IMG/VR virus record: IMGVR_UViG_2690316321_000006 | Length of the DNA: 35,177 nucleotides | Reading direction: 5' to 3' (one strand) | DNA from: a virus | Taxonomy: Duplodnaviria; Heunggongvirae; Uroviricota; Caudoviricetes | Shown here: positions 26,677 through 35,177 of the stretch, one piece after another | Position numbering within the stretch: position 1 is the first letter of the stretch | How the letters are laid out: the number at the start of each line of letters is the position of its first letter | Made by a program: the position numbers and the translations under genes | Notes under the pieces: model-generated | The model's database searches: none | What the model was told of the DNA's origin: nothing | Seen by the model: the letters and a program-made list of their open reading frames with translations, nothing else

Positions 26677-27927
26677 TAATCCTAAATGAACCATAATAGC
26701 CATTAAGATCATTCCACCACCTAAGGCTGTCGGAATCCAGCATAAGCATTGAAAGAAAAGAAGGTAACGATTTAACATGACCTGATTTTTGTCTAAATTA
26801 TCCTTTGCATTGCATACTAATTTTTTCAAATCTTCTGTATAACCTACAGATTTTTTCACTAATGGGGAAAATATAATATCTTTAGCATCACAAATCATCC
26901 TAAACTGTGTGTATTGACTTCTTACAATAAAAAACATAATTATCGACGTGAGCAATACACCTAAAAAAACCACTAACATTTCCGGCAGGGTATTTAATTT
27001 TATCATGCCAAAAGTAGCAACCAAAGAAACAGGAATACCTAAAAGCTTAGCTATCATGTCTGACATTATTTTTGAAAAACGCTCAGCTAAATTAGCTTCT
27101 GCCTCTGCCACTTCCTTTCTTACTTTATGAAATGAAAAACCACTAAGATATACACCGAGGTTATTATGGTATAGTTTTAGAAATTCATCCCACTCACAGA
27201 ATAAAAAATGAAACTGTTTCTTTACATCGATTGATTCAAGAAAATCGACCACCGTATTAATGAAAATCCCTTTTCGCTCAAAATAATTATCATCCGTTAT
27301 AGCTTTTTTTTCATCAGAAAAAGATTCGATGATTTTTAAATCCTTAATACCTGTTAAAAGAAGTGAATAATCAACATTAGTTTCAATAATTAAAGGTAAT
27401 GACTTAGCATTAGTATTTTTCAAGAAAACTAACTTATGGCATACATCATCACTTTTACTATTGCTGTAGTGTGCAACTTTTGATAGACATAAAATAAAAT
27501 CACAAAGATTCTTTAAAACAGATAGTTCTGGTATTTTTGCTAATCCCTCAACCATTCCTTCATTAAAATAAAAATCTTCCTCAACCAAGTAAAAAGACTT
27601 TCTTAAAATACCTCTATTTAACATCGGAGACTTTTGAATTAGATCTTTAATATCGATAAAAAATGACTCACTGGCTCCAGTTGATATAGAGATTGTCAGT
27701 GTTATTGATGTTCCTTTAGCGGGAAGGCTATCATCAACATCTATATCCACATCATCAATGACAATCTCTTCAATTTCTCCCCACGCGGTATGAGGTTGCA
27801 AAGAAACTAAGAGTTCATATATATGAGCATCATAAGAAATAGTTGCTGAAAAACGATTATTAATAGCATCAAATTTAGGACGCCCTACATATCTGAAAAG
27901 CTCAACAACCGTTTCAAAACATGACAT
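26671..27927 (-). CDS. Accessory protein with large soluble N-terminal domain and 2-3 C-terminal transmembrane helices (candidate membrane effector); third gene of AT-rich operon
   Basis: Preferred ATG at 27927 (track start 27936 is TTG); strongly AT-rich; hydrophobic segments LVVFLGVLLTSIIMFFIV and LLFFQCLCWIPTALGGGMILMAIMVHLGLL at the C-terminus; its stop overlaps the D stop convergently by 6 bp. Confidence 0.6.
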   Translation of the reverse strand: MSCFETVVELFRYVGRPKFDAINNRFSATISYDAHIYELLVSLQPHTAWGEIEEIVIDDVDIDVDDSLPAKGTSITLTISISTGASESFFIDIKDLIQKSPMLNRGILRKSFYLVEEDFYFNEGMVEGLAKIPELSVLKNLCDFILCLSKVAHYSNSKSDDVCHKLVFLKNTNAKSLPLIIETNVDYSLLLTGIKDLKIIESFSDEKKAITDDNYFERKGIFINTVVDFLESIDVKKQFHFLFCEWDEFLKLYHNNLGVYLSGFSFHKVRKEVAEAEANLAERFSKIMSDMIAKLLGIPVSLVATFGMIKLNTLPEMLVVFLGVLLTSIIMFFIVRSQYTQFRMICDAKDIIFSPLVKKSVGYTEDLKKLVCNAKDNLDKNQVMLNRYLLFFQCLCWIPTALGGGMILMAIMVHLGLL

Positions 27928-27985
27928 ATTAAGCAACCTTATTTTTCGCTATTTCTTTCTTTTATTAACTCATCAAGCAATTGAG

Positions 27986-29086
27986 CTATTTCACTTTTTT
28001 CTCAGGAGTAATCCGAGTAAAAGTTAAATGTCCAGTTTTCTTATTATAGCATATCTCATTATCAAGAGTATTGCCTAGTAAACTAGATTTAAACTCAAAA
28101 TTAACATTATCACTTGTATATTTAATATTTCTGTTTTTCTTAACTACTGATTTGCTTACCCTAAATTCCACAGGCACACGAATACTTTCACTATTCAAAT
28201 GAGCATATAATTCTTCTGACAATTTATCTTTAATGTCATCTTCTAAATTAACCATATGCTTCGCTGCCATCTCACTAACAACAGAAAGCTTAGCTGAAAT
28301 GTTATTCTCAGAACAATCGAATAAATACTCAATAATTTCATTTTTAAATTTACGGGCATTATCCTTTAATTCTTGATGATTTCTGAAGAAGTTAAAAGAT
28401 TCATTAATTAAATTACTCGTAGCTTTAGTTGATGTATTACCTTTATCACAACCTAAGGCAGTAATGAAATACCCTGAAGTTGTCTGGTTAGAACTGGGAC
28501 TAACAAAACTTAAATAATTAACATCCTGTCTTTCATTCTCATCAGCGGAAATATATTTATCATACAAATCATAGTTTATTCGTGCCGCCTGATTTAGTTT
28601 TGCCAGATCAAGATGCTCTAACTCCTTTGGTTCTAATTTATCACTAATAACTATACCTTCCTTTTGCTTAATCATTGCAATAAGAAAGTAACGCACGGAT
28701 TTACTGATATAATCAGCAAAAAGAAGTAATCCTCCTGATGCAGCAGGTCGATCCTTTGCCTCAATATATAACTGATGCATAACATTTTTTGATAATCCTA
28801 TAAACAATTCATCGTCTAACTTCTTGGATGTATCATTCCGATATTTATCAAATGCCGCTGGAAAAGGCCCCCTACGTGTTTCATCTAAATTAAATATACC
28901 ATAATGCGAGCTATTAGATTTTTTACCATACAATGCGGCTATACTGGACACTAGTTTAATTACGATTTCATTATTTCGGTCAAGAACCGTATCACGGCGA
29001 CTATATGGTTTTGAGTGATCGAAATCTTTATGTTGCTCTTTTATCAACCTATGAACAACCACGCACCCTAATGAAATATCAGACAT
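27986..29086 (-). CDS. NdpA/YejK-like nucleoid-associated-protein-family member (accessory); second gene of AT-rich operon
   Basis: 366 aa; collinear similarity to E. coli YejK as recalled from memory (MSDISLGCVVVHRLIKEQ vs MSLDINQIALHQLIKRDEQ; ASGGLLLFADY vs ADGGFVLFCHY; YLSFV vs YLTFL); RBS TGAGG upstream. Confidence 0.65.
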   Translation of the reverse strand: MSDISLGCVVVHRLIKEQHKDFDHSKPYSRRDTVLDRNNEIVIKLVSSIAALYGKKSNSSHYGIFNLDETRRGPFPAAFDKYRNDTSKKLDDELFIGLSKNVMHQLYIEAKDRPAASGGLLLFADYISKSVRYFLIAMIKQKEGIVISDKLEPKELEHLDLAKLNQAARINYDLYDKYISADENERQDVNYLSFVSPSSNQTTSGYFITALGCDKGNTSTKATSNLINESFNFFRNHQELKDNARKFKNEIIEYLFDCSENNISAKLSVVSEMAAKHMVNLEDDIKDKLSEELYAHLNSESIRVPVEFRVSKSVVKKNRNIKYTSDNVNFEFKSSLLGNTLDNEICYNKKTGHLTFTRITPEKKVK

Positions 29087-29100
29087 ATAACCTCACAATC

Positions 29101-29673
29101 CTATGGTAAATAAAAATCTTTCGCTTTATTTTCTAAATCAGTCCATCTACTGCTAATATTCTTTTCCTTACAAACAAGAAAAGCCTGATACCCTAAAAAC
29201 TCTTTCGTTTTCTTTAAATTATCTTCAGTAACATGACTCTTTTCTTCATTGTTGTTTTTCCATCCACAGAAATATATTCTGTCTGCTTCTTCAACATCCC
29301 TGACATGCACAGCAATATCAGTATATTTTGCCTTATTCTTAACAGTAACCGATGGAGGGATTTTCCCATCAAAATCTTCAAAAAACTTACTTGTTCTAAA
29401 TGGATTGGCAGGGTCATATTTCAAACCTAGAGCCTTGCATAATTCTTTATAAGTCTCACTTCCCAGATTAGGATTTATGACGAATCCCTTCTCGACTTTT
29501 AGACGAAAGCAAAGATTAGCGCCTAATGCTCCGAAAAGAAGCTCAAACGGTTTTCCATCAATAAAGAAAAATACATCAAAATGTAAATTATTGTGTCTGT
29601 ATGGGAATTTAACCCTATCCAATTTTTGCTCTGTCATGTTCCTGTAAAGAGCAACCAGATTATTCAACTTCAT
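29101..29673 (-). CDS. Hypothetical 190-aa protein; first gene of AT-rich accessory operon
   Basis: ATG at 29673 with GGAGG 5 nt upstream; AT-rich; no recognisable motif; 14-bp gap to the next gene. Confidence 0.55.
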   Translation of the reverse strand: MKLNNLVALYRNMTEQKLDRVKFPYRHNNLHFDVFFFIDGKPFELLFGALGANLCFRLKVEKGFVINPNLGSETYKELCKALGLKYDPANPFRTSKFFEDFDGKIPPSVTVKNKAKYTDIAVHVRDVEEADRIYFCGWKNNNEEKSHVTEDNLKKTKEFLGYQAFLVCKEKNISSRWTDLENKAKDFYLP

Positions 29674-29713
29674 TTTGCCTCCATACAGACAATAACCAAA
29701 TTCATTCTACTCG

Positions 29714-30052
29714 TTATCCCTTAGCTGCTTTCCCTACTCCCGGTTGCGCAAGCGCAGCGCTAACCGTGTCAAGGGTGGACTGGTGTTCTGGCGTAGCAGA
29801 ACGATAGTTTTCCACCAACACACTCTCTTTACTGGACAACGTAACTACAGGCGTGCGGTTGCCTGTTAGAACATACAGAACATCAACTCCCGCTGCCGCT
29901 ATGCCAGCAAGATAGTCACTGTCCGGCTTACGCAACCCATTCTCATAGTTGCTTTGTGCGTTTTTCTTCACGCCCCCAAGTTGTCCAAAGCCGTCTTGAT
30001 CAAGTCCAAGTCGGATACGTTCTTCCTTCAAACGGATGCCAAATTCTTTCAT
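29714..30052 (-). CDS. HTH (XRE/CI-like) transcriptional repressor, putative immunity repressor
   Basis: 112 aa; N-terminal helix-turn-helix; divergent from the small regulator / ogr / primase operon, as for P2 C versus cox. Confidence 0.7.
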   Translation of the reverse strand: MKEFGIRLKEERIRLGLDQDGFGQLGGVKKNAQSNYENGLRKPDSDYLAGIAAAGVDVLYVLTGNRTPVVTLSSKESVLVENYRSATPEHQSTLDTVSAALAQPGVGKAAKG

Positions 30053-30132
30053 TTGGATATAATTACCATTGACAATTCACTCAATTGAGGGAATTATAGA
30101 TTGTGTAATGTTAATAACCACAATATACCACC
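30053..30132. promoter_or_regulatory. Divergent promoter/operator region of the lysis-lysogeny switch
   Basis: 80-bp AT-rich intergenic region between divergent repressor and early operon; TTGACA at 30071-30076; dyad aattc...gaatt around 30077-30096. Confidence 0.45.
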
Positions 30133-30339
30133 ATGAAAACAAATGAGAACGTCTTACGCTCACGAGCACCCCGCGGGGTGATGTCGAACAAACCGGTGGC
30201 AATGCGTCTGCTCCCCGCTGAAATCGCGGAATTGGAAGCATTAGCGCTGGATCAGAACCGTTCGATGTCCAGCATGGCAAGAATCATTTTTTTGAACGGC
30301 ATCACATTTTTTCGTCAGTCCGTTAACGAAAAGCGTTAA
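30133..30339 (+). CDS. Small regulatory protein in the Cox/Apl position (possible RHH-like)
   Basis: 68 aa; first gene of the rightward early operon; segment MRLLPAEIAELEALALDQNRSMSSMARI resembles RHH/MobC-type N-termini; weak. Confidence 0.4.
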   Translation: MKTNENVLRSRAPRGVMSNKPVAMRLLPAEIAELEALALDQNRSMSSMARIIFLNGITFFRQSVNEKR

Positions 30340-30375
30340 TGTTTCAGTTAGTTAAAAGTGGTAAGGAGACAGGAC

Positions 30376-30606
30376 ATGATGAAATGCCCACACTGCGACG
30401 GTAAGGCGATAATTCGCAGCAGCGAATATATGTCACCGCTGGTACGTAAGCTCTATTACCAGTGCAAAAACGTTAACTGTTCGTTTTCATTTATCGCAAT
30501 GGAAACCGTGATGGGAACGGTGGTACCGAGCGGTTGCCCGAATCCTAAGATACACATACCGCTATCCACACGCGGGCAATTTCTGCAAAAACAGAAAATC
30601 GCGTAA
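30376..30606 (+). CDS. ogr: Ogr/Delta-family zinc-finger late-gene transcription activator
   Basis: ATG at 30376 with AAGGAG 7 nt upstream; MMKCPHCDGKA...YYQCKNVNCSFSF matches the Ogr C-x2-C...C-x4-C finger (P2 Ogr: HCPLCQH...YHQCQNVNCSATF). Confidence 0.85.
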   Translation: MMKCPHCDGKAIIRSSEYMSPLVRKLYYQCKNVNCSFSFIAMETVMGTVVPSGCPNPKIHIPLSTRGQFLQKQKIA

Positions 30607-30694
30607 CGCTCAGTAAATAAAAGACTCACAACCACAACGCATAAACAACGTGTCTATGCGACGGGTAAGTATTACCTGAATAAAGGTACTGGCA

Positions 30695-33349
30695 ATGCAA
30701 CCACAACTTCATCAGGAAATTACGCGGCGACTGCTGGCCGACTTTTCCTTTAAAGAACAGGGCGACTGGCTGCGGCAGGGCATCTGCCCGGACTGCCAGA
30801 AAAAAGAGCTGTACACCAACGCCATCAGCCCGTGGGTACTGCGCTGCGGTCGCCTGAATAAATGCAATGCCGAAATCCATATCAAAGAGGTGTACCCGGA
30901 TCTATTTGAAAGCTGGTCAGACAGATATCCCCCAACCCCGGAAAACCCACAGGCCGCCGCCGATGCCTACCTGCGCGAGATGCGCGGCTTTGACCTTTCG
31001 CTGCTCCGTAACTGTTACGCTCAAGAGAACTACTACGACGCACGGCGCGATATCGGCTCGGCCACCGTGCGTTTCCCGCTGGCTGACGGCGTGTGGTGGG
31101 AGCGGATCGTTGACCGCCCACAGCGTTTCGGCGATCGCAAAGCCAACTTTCACGGCGCTTACAGCGGGCTATGGTGGCTATTGCCAACGCTGAAGCTGGA
31201 AGAACAGCAGGAGATCTGGCTGGTTGAGGGCATTTTTGACGCTATCGCCCTGCACCACCACGGCATTGCCGCCGTTTCCCTGATGACCTGTAACAACTAT
31301 CCGGCGCAGGCGTTAAGCCAACTGGCCGCGCTGTTCGTGGATAAAAAGCGCCCTTTACTGGTCTGGGCGCTGGATAACGACAAGGCGGGCATGAGCTATA
31401 CCCGGCGATGGGTAAAGCGCAGCCGGGACGAAGGCTGGAGCGCAGCCGCCGCACAGACGCCGCATTCCCGCAGCAAGCTGGACTGGAACGATTTGCACCA
31501 ACGCGACCGGCTTAACCCAGAGCTAGTGAAGAAATACCGCTACTACGGCTCTCTGCTGATCGCCACCTCTCCCGCCGCCAAAGCCCTGCTGATGCACGAA
31601 CAGACAGAGCGTAAAGAGTTCCACTTCGAGTTTGACAGCCGCCTGTTCTGGTTCAAGCTGGATATTGACCGCTATATGCGGGTGCATGAAAGTATCTCAT
31701 TCTCCAATGACGACCTGAGCGAAGAAGAGCTGAAACAGAAGGCGCTGAAAGAGTCGTCCGCCGTGGTGGAGATCGCCAACTGCTACCCGACCGCCCTCTA
31801 CTATCAGGCCAACACCATCACCGACGAAAGCTGGTATTACTTTCGCATTAACTTCCCGGACGACACGCCGCCGATAAAAAACACCTTCACCGGCTCCCAA
31901 CTTTCCAGCGGCTCAGAATTCAAAAAGCGCCTGCTGCATATCGCGCAGGGCGGCATCTTCACCGGCACCAGTCAGCAGTTAGATAAGTTGCTGCTCAAGC
32001 AGCTTCCCAAAATCAAAACTGTCCAGACCACTGATTTTATCGGCTACAGCAAAGAATACCGCGCTTACGTGTTCAACGATCTGGCCGTTCGCGATGGTCG
32101 GCTGTACACACTCAACGAAGAAGACTTCTTCGACATGGGCAAACTCAGCCTTAAAAGCCTGAACCAGTCGGTCAGCCTGACGCTGAACGACAATTTAAAA
32201 CAGATGGACAGCCAGTGGCCCCAGCTACTCTGGCAGGCGTTTGGCGCAAAGGGCTTTGTGGCGCTGGCGTTCTGGTTTGGGACGATGTTTGCCGAACAGA
32301 TCCGCGACAAGCACAAGAGCTTTCCGTTTCTGGAAATCGTTGGCGAACCCGGCAGCGGCAAAACCACGCTGATAGAGTTTCTCTGGAAGCTGTTAGGCCG
32401 ACGCGACTATGAAGGTTTCGATCCGTCTAAATCAACGCTGGCCGCCCGCGCGCGCAACTTTGCGCAGGTGGCGAACATGCCGGTGGTGCTGGTCGAGGGT
32501 GACCGTAATCAGGAGGGTGCAAAGCAACGCGGCTTTGATTGGGAAGAGCTAAAAACCGCCTATAACGGGCGGTCAGTGCGGTCTCGCGGTCTGCGTAACA
32601 GCGGTAACGAAACCTATGAACCTCCGTTCCGGGGCTCGATTGTGATTGCGCAAAACGCCGACGTTAGCGCCTCTAACCCGGTGCTGGAACGTATTATTCA
32701 CCTGTACACCGACCGCAGCGGCCAGAATACTCAGACCAAGGTCGCTGCCGAGCAGCTCGAACGCCTGCCGGTGGAACAGCTTTCCGGCTTTATGCTGAAA
32801 GCAGCGCTGGCGGAACAGGCCGTGCTGGAGTGCGTCAACCGGCAGATCCCGCTATACGAGCAGCAGCTTCACGCCCACCCCGATATTCGCCATATCCGCA
32901 TCATTAAAAACCACGCCCAGCTTATGGCGCTGCTCGACGCGCTGGCGCTGGTTATTTCGGTCACGAAGGAGCAGCTACAGGCAACCAGAGAAATGTTTAT
33001 CCGCCTCAGTCTGGAGCGCCAGCAGGCCATCAGCGCCGACCACCCTCTGGTGCAGGAGTTCTGGGATATTTTCGACTTCCTCGATGGCGACGACGAACCA
33101 CAGCTCAACCACTCGCGCGATGAACAGCTTATCGCCGTCAACCTTAACCACTTTATTCAACTGGCCACCGAACGTCGCCAGCAGATCCCACAAGTCAGCG
33201 ATTTAAAGCGGGTACTGAAAACCAGCCGTACCCACAAGTTTATTGAAGTCAGAACGGTTAACAGCGGCATCAACGCTGAATTTAACCGCCGTTACCCAGC
33301 CGCATCGCGCCGCCCGGCGACGGTGAAGTGTTGGGTTTTTCAACGATAA
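30695..33349 (+). CDS. Replication primase-helicase (zinc-binding, toprim-like and P-loop NTPase domains; P4 alpha-like)
   Basis: 884 aa; Cys cluster CPDCQ...C...C; toprim-like EGIFDAIAL and LDNDKAG; Walker A GEPGSGKTT; replaces the P2 A/B replication genes. Confidence 0.7.
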   Translation: MQPQLHQEITRRLLADFSFKEQGDWLRQGICPDCQKKELYTNAISPWVLRCGRLNKCNAEIHIKEVYPDLFESWSDRYPPTPENPQAAADAYLREMRGFDLSLLRNCYAQENYYDARRDIGSATVRFPLADGVWWERIVDRPQRFGDRKANFHGAYSGLWWLLPTLKLEEQQEIWLVEGIFDAIALHHHGIAAVSLMTCNNYPAQALSQLAALFVDKKRPLLVWALDNDKAGMSYTRRWVKRSRDEGWSAAAAQTPHSRSKLDWNDLHQRDRLNPELVKKYRYYGSLLIATSPAAKALLMHEQTERKEFHFEFDSRLFWFKLDIDRYMRVHESISFSNDDLSEEELKQKALKESSAVVEIANCYPTALYYQANTITDESWYYFRINFPDDTPPIKNTFTGSQLSSGSEFKKRLLHIAQGGIFTGTSQQLDKLLLKQLPKIKTVQTTDFIGYSKEYRAYVFNDLAVRDGRLYTLNEEDFFDMGKLSLKSLNQSVSLTLNDNLKQMDSQWPQLLWQAFGAKGFVALAFWFGTMFAEQIRDKHKSFPFLEIVGEPGSGKTTLIEFLWKLLGRRDYEGFDPSKSTLAARARNFAQVANMPVVLVEGDRNQEGAKQRGFDWEELKTAYNGRSVRSRGLRNSGNETYEPPFRGSIVIAQNADVSASNPVLERIIHLYTDRSGQNTQTKVAAEQLERLPVEQLSGFMLKAALAEQAVLECVNRQIPLYEQQLHAHPDIRHIRIIKNHAQLMALLDALALVISVTKEQLQATREMFIRLSLERQQAISADHPLVQEFWDIFDFLDGDDEPQLNHSRDEQLIAVNLNHFIQLATERRQQIPQVSDLKRVLKTSRTHKFIEVRTVNSGINAEFNRRYPAASRRPATVKCWVFQR

Positions 33350-33358
33350 GGAAATGTT

Positions 33359-33736
33359 ATGAACGAAATATTTAAGGCTCTGGCAACGCAAGAAACCCAA
33401 CGACAAAGACTTTGCGTAACGCCAGAGGAATACCGCCTTGCTGTCAATACCCTTGTCGACGTTGCTCTCACAGAAACCACCGGCGGACACGCGGCTGCGC
33501 AGGTACTGCTTTCTGCATGGAATGGCTACGTGTGGCAACTGGATATTCCCGACCTCTGTTATCTGGACTATGACCTGCTGGAACAGGCGCTGATCGTTAT
33601 CCGGGGGCGGATAATGTTGATGAAAGAGCCGCAGGAGGTGATCCCGGAGGGGAATGCGGTGATGAAGCGGATTGCAGCGCAGTGGCAACACCTGAACGCC
33701 GAACGGCATGGGGAAAACAATGAAAATTGCCATTAG
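33359..33736 (+). CDS. Hypothetical protein (125 aa)
   Basis: ATG at 33359 with AAGGAAA upstream; between primase and alpA; overlaps the alpA start. Confidence 0.45.
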   Translation: MNEIFKALATQETQRQRLCVTPEEYRLAVNTLVDVALTETTGGHAAAQVLLSAWNGYVWQLDIPDLCYLDYDLLEQALIVIRGRIMLMKEPQEVIPEGNAVMKRIAAQWQHLNAERHGENNENCH

Positions 33737-33974
33737 AAAAAACGTGCTTTTACAAATGGTGCCACTCTCTGAAAGTACGATTTATGCGTTGGAGCAAAAA
33801 GGCCTGTTTCCCAAACGTTTTGCGCTAACGAAGCGCGCCGTCGCGTGGGACAAAGAGGAAGTGGAACGCTGGCTCAAGACTCGGCAGGAAAATAACCATC
33901 ACCATATTGACAGTGCGGTACAGAAGAATCTGGCCAAAGCACCAAAGCGCTCTGGTACCAAGATCCCCGCATAG
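33720..33974 (+). CDS. alpA: AlpA-family (MerR-like, excisionase-type) transcriptional regulator
   Basis: Motif LSESTIYALEQKGLFPKRFALTKRAVAWDKEEVERWL matches the AlpA pattern (STIYRL..G.FP.P..LG.R.V.W...V..W); preferred start ATG 33720 (alternative 33708). Confidence 0.75.
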   Translation: MKIAIRKNVLLQMVPLSESTIYALEQKGLFPKRFALTKRAVAWDKEEVERWLKTRQENNHHHIDSAVQKNLAKAPKRSGTKIPA

Positions 33975-33977
33975 TAC

Positions 33978-35177
33978 TTACGGGCGGTATTGCTTGATCC
34001 ACCCATCAACCATATCCGCCCACTGCTGCAACATATCACGGCGCTGCTCTGCGTATTCCGCTTTGTTATAAACGGCTCTGACGCTTCTTTCCTCGTGCGC
34101 GAGGCATTTTTCTATCCAGTCGGAATTAAACCCCGCCTCATGCAATAACGTCGAGGCCGTTCGGCGCATATCGTGAACGGAAAACGACGCCAGCCTGATC
34201 CCCCGTTCCTGCGCCTGCTTAACCGTAAGATTAATGACCCGGTTTAAGGTCGCCGCCGACATGGTCTTATGCGACGACTGATTGCATGAAGGCAAAACCC
34301 AATCACTGCTTCCTGCGCACATTTTCAGGGCAATCAGAATGTCCTGTGCCTGCCGGGACAGATAAACATTATGATCCCGTGATCCCTTCATCCGGCTGGC
34401 GTCAATCGTCCAAAGGCAGGCATTAAAATTAACCTCACCCCACGGCGCGTTCAGCAGTTCACTTTTACGCACCATCGTTAATAAAACCAATTTAATGGCC
34501 AGCTTGATGGTGGGTAATGTACCCGTTTGTTCAAGCTGATTGAAAAACCAGCCTATCTCCTCTGGCTTGAGCGCCCTGTCGCGCGCTTCGAATGTCGCAA
34601 TTGAAGCCGGTAAAACCTCTTCGGCAGGATTGGGGTAATAGTCGCCGTGAAGCGCGGCGAACTTAAATACCGCACTAACGATATTGCGAACCTGAATCGC
34701 CGTCGCTGGCGCACCACGCGCTTTTATCTTGTCGCAATACTCACGTAGGAGAGAGGGGGTTATCTCTGACAGCAGCTTGCGCCCCCATACTGGGGTGATG
34801 TCTCTGTCGATAATGCTTTGCTTCATCGCCCTTGTGCTGTCCGCCAGCCGGGTGTGTTTCATGTAGCTGACGGTAAAATCGTGGAGTGTCTTTTCTTCTT
34901 TTCGCTTTGTTTTACCGTCACGCTTCTCTCCAGCGGGCGATATTCCTGCATTTACGCGTTTTTTAGCTTCCACTAATTTTTCGCGCGCCTGCGCCAGAGA
35001 AATACCGTCACCATAGCGACCAATCGTTAACGTTTCACGACGACCATTGATTCGATAGTCATAGCGAAACGTCACCAATCCCTTGGGAGATACGGTTACA
35101 TACAGCCCATCACGGTCTGCAACTTTATAAAGTTTTTCCCGCGCTTTGAGGTTTTTCAGCTTGGTATCGGTCAGCAT
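33978..35177 (-). CDS. int: Tyrosine integrase, P4/CP4-57 family (arm-binding N-terminal domain plus catalytic domain)
   Basis: 399-aa ORF whose ATG is the last three bases of the window; N-terminus MLTDTKLKNLKA...DGLYVTVSPKG typical of P4-type integrases; C-terminal R...H..R...Y catalytic region; attachment site expected just right of the window. Confidence 0.9.
   Translation of the reverse strand: MLTDTKLKNLKAREKLYKVADRDGLYVTVSPKGLVTFRYDYRINGRRETLTIGRYGDGISLAQAREKLVEAKKRVNAGISPAGEKRDGKTKRKEEKTLHDFTVSYMKHTRLADSTRAMKQSIIDRDITPVWGRKLLSEITPSLLREYCDKIKARGAPATAIQVRNIVSAVFKFAALHGDYYPNPAEEVLPASIATFEARDRALKPEEIGWFFNQLEQTGTLPTIKLAIKLVLLTMVRKSELLNAPWGEVNFNACLWTIDASRMKGSRDHNVYLSRQAQDILIALKMCAGSSDWVLPSCNQSSHKTMSAATLNRVINLTVKQAQERGIRLASFSVHDMRRTASTLLHEAGFNSDWIEKCLAHEERSVRAVYNKAEYAEQRRDMLQQWADMVDGWIKQYRP

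Larger units (their letters stand above)
1380..35177. mobile_element. P2-like prophage with P4-type integrase; left boundary approximate, right end continues beyond the window
   Basis: Collinear P2 gene order Q-P / O-N-M-L-X-lysis-R-S-V-W-J-I-H-G-FI-FII-E-T-U-D-ogr, cos-like site, integrase at the right edge, AT-rich repeat region at the left. Confidence 0.8.

Noticed and set aside
26948-27130. 60-aa plus-strand ORF inside the AT-rich membrane-protein gene, and 29233-29452 plus-strand ORFs inside the 190-aa gene
   Set aside because: Antisense to longer, RBS-supported minus-strand genes; AT-rich DNA gives few stops by chance in some frames.

Overview
This 35.2-kb window is almost entirely one P2-like (Peduovirus-type) prophage in an enterobacterial-looking chromosome. 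It is entered from ordinary-GC flank at the left (two secreted/lipoprotein genes, 1-1071) and ends at the right edge inside a P4/CP4-57-type tyrosine integrase gene. Backbone order: an AT-rich repeat region (about 1400-1700, possible attL arm) and a cos-like site (about 1878-1896); head genes Q,P (minus) and O,N,M,L (plus); X, holin(s), endolysin, LysB/LysC, R,S; baseplate and fibre V,W,J,I,H,G; sheath, tube and tape measure FI,FII,E/E',T,U,D; then an immunity/replication module (HTH repressor, small regulator, Ogr zinc-finger activator, toprim plus P-loop primase-helicase, AlpA, integrase). Four copies of a conserved TGT-N13-ACA dyad mark the late promoters. Four accessory insertions sit on this backbone: (i) an AT-rich L-X island with a ribbon-helix-helix gene, a 217-aa gene carrying an R-x4-H motif, and small P4-like ORFs; (ii) a HicA/HicB toxin-antitoxin pair between S and V; (iii) an unknown ORF translationally coupled to a Dam-family adenine methyltransferase in the G/FI (Z/fun) position; (iv) an AT-rich three-gene operon (190-aa unknown, NdpA/YejK-like protein, 418-aa protein with C-terminal membrane helices) wedged between D and the repressor gene and co-oriented with the repressor. 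The last is the best candidate for an undescribed lysogen-expressed anti-phage or xenogeneic-regulation system; I cannot match it to any system I know. All calls rest on reading the sequence, P2 gene order and motif recall; no database search or computation was run, and GC statements are by eye.
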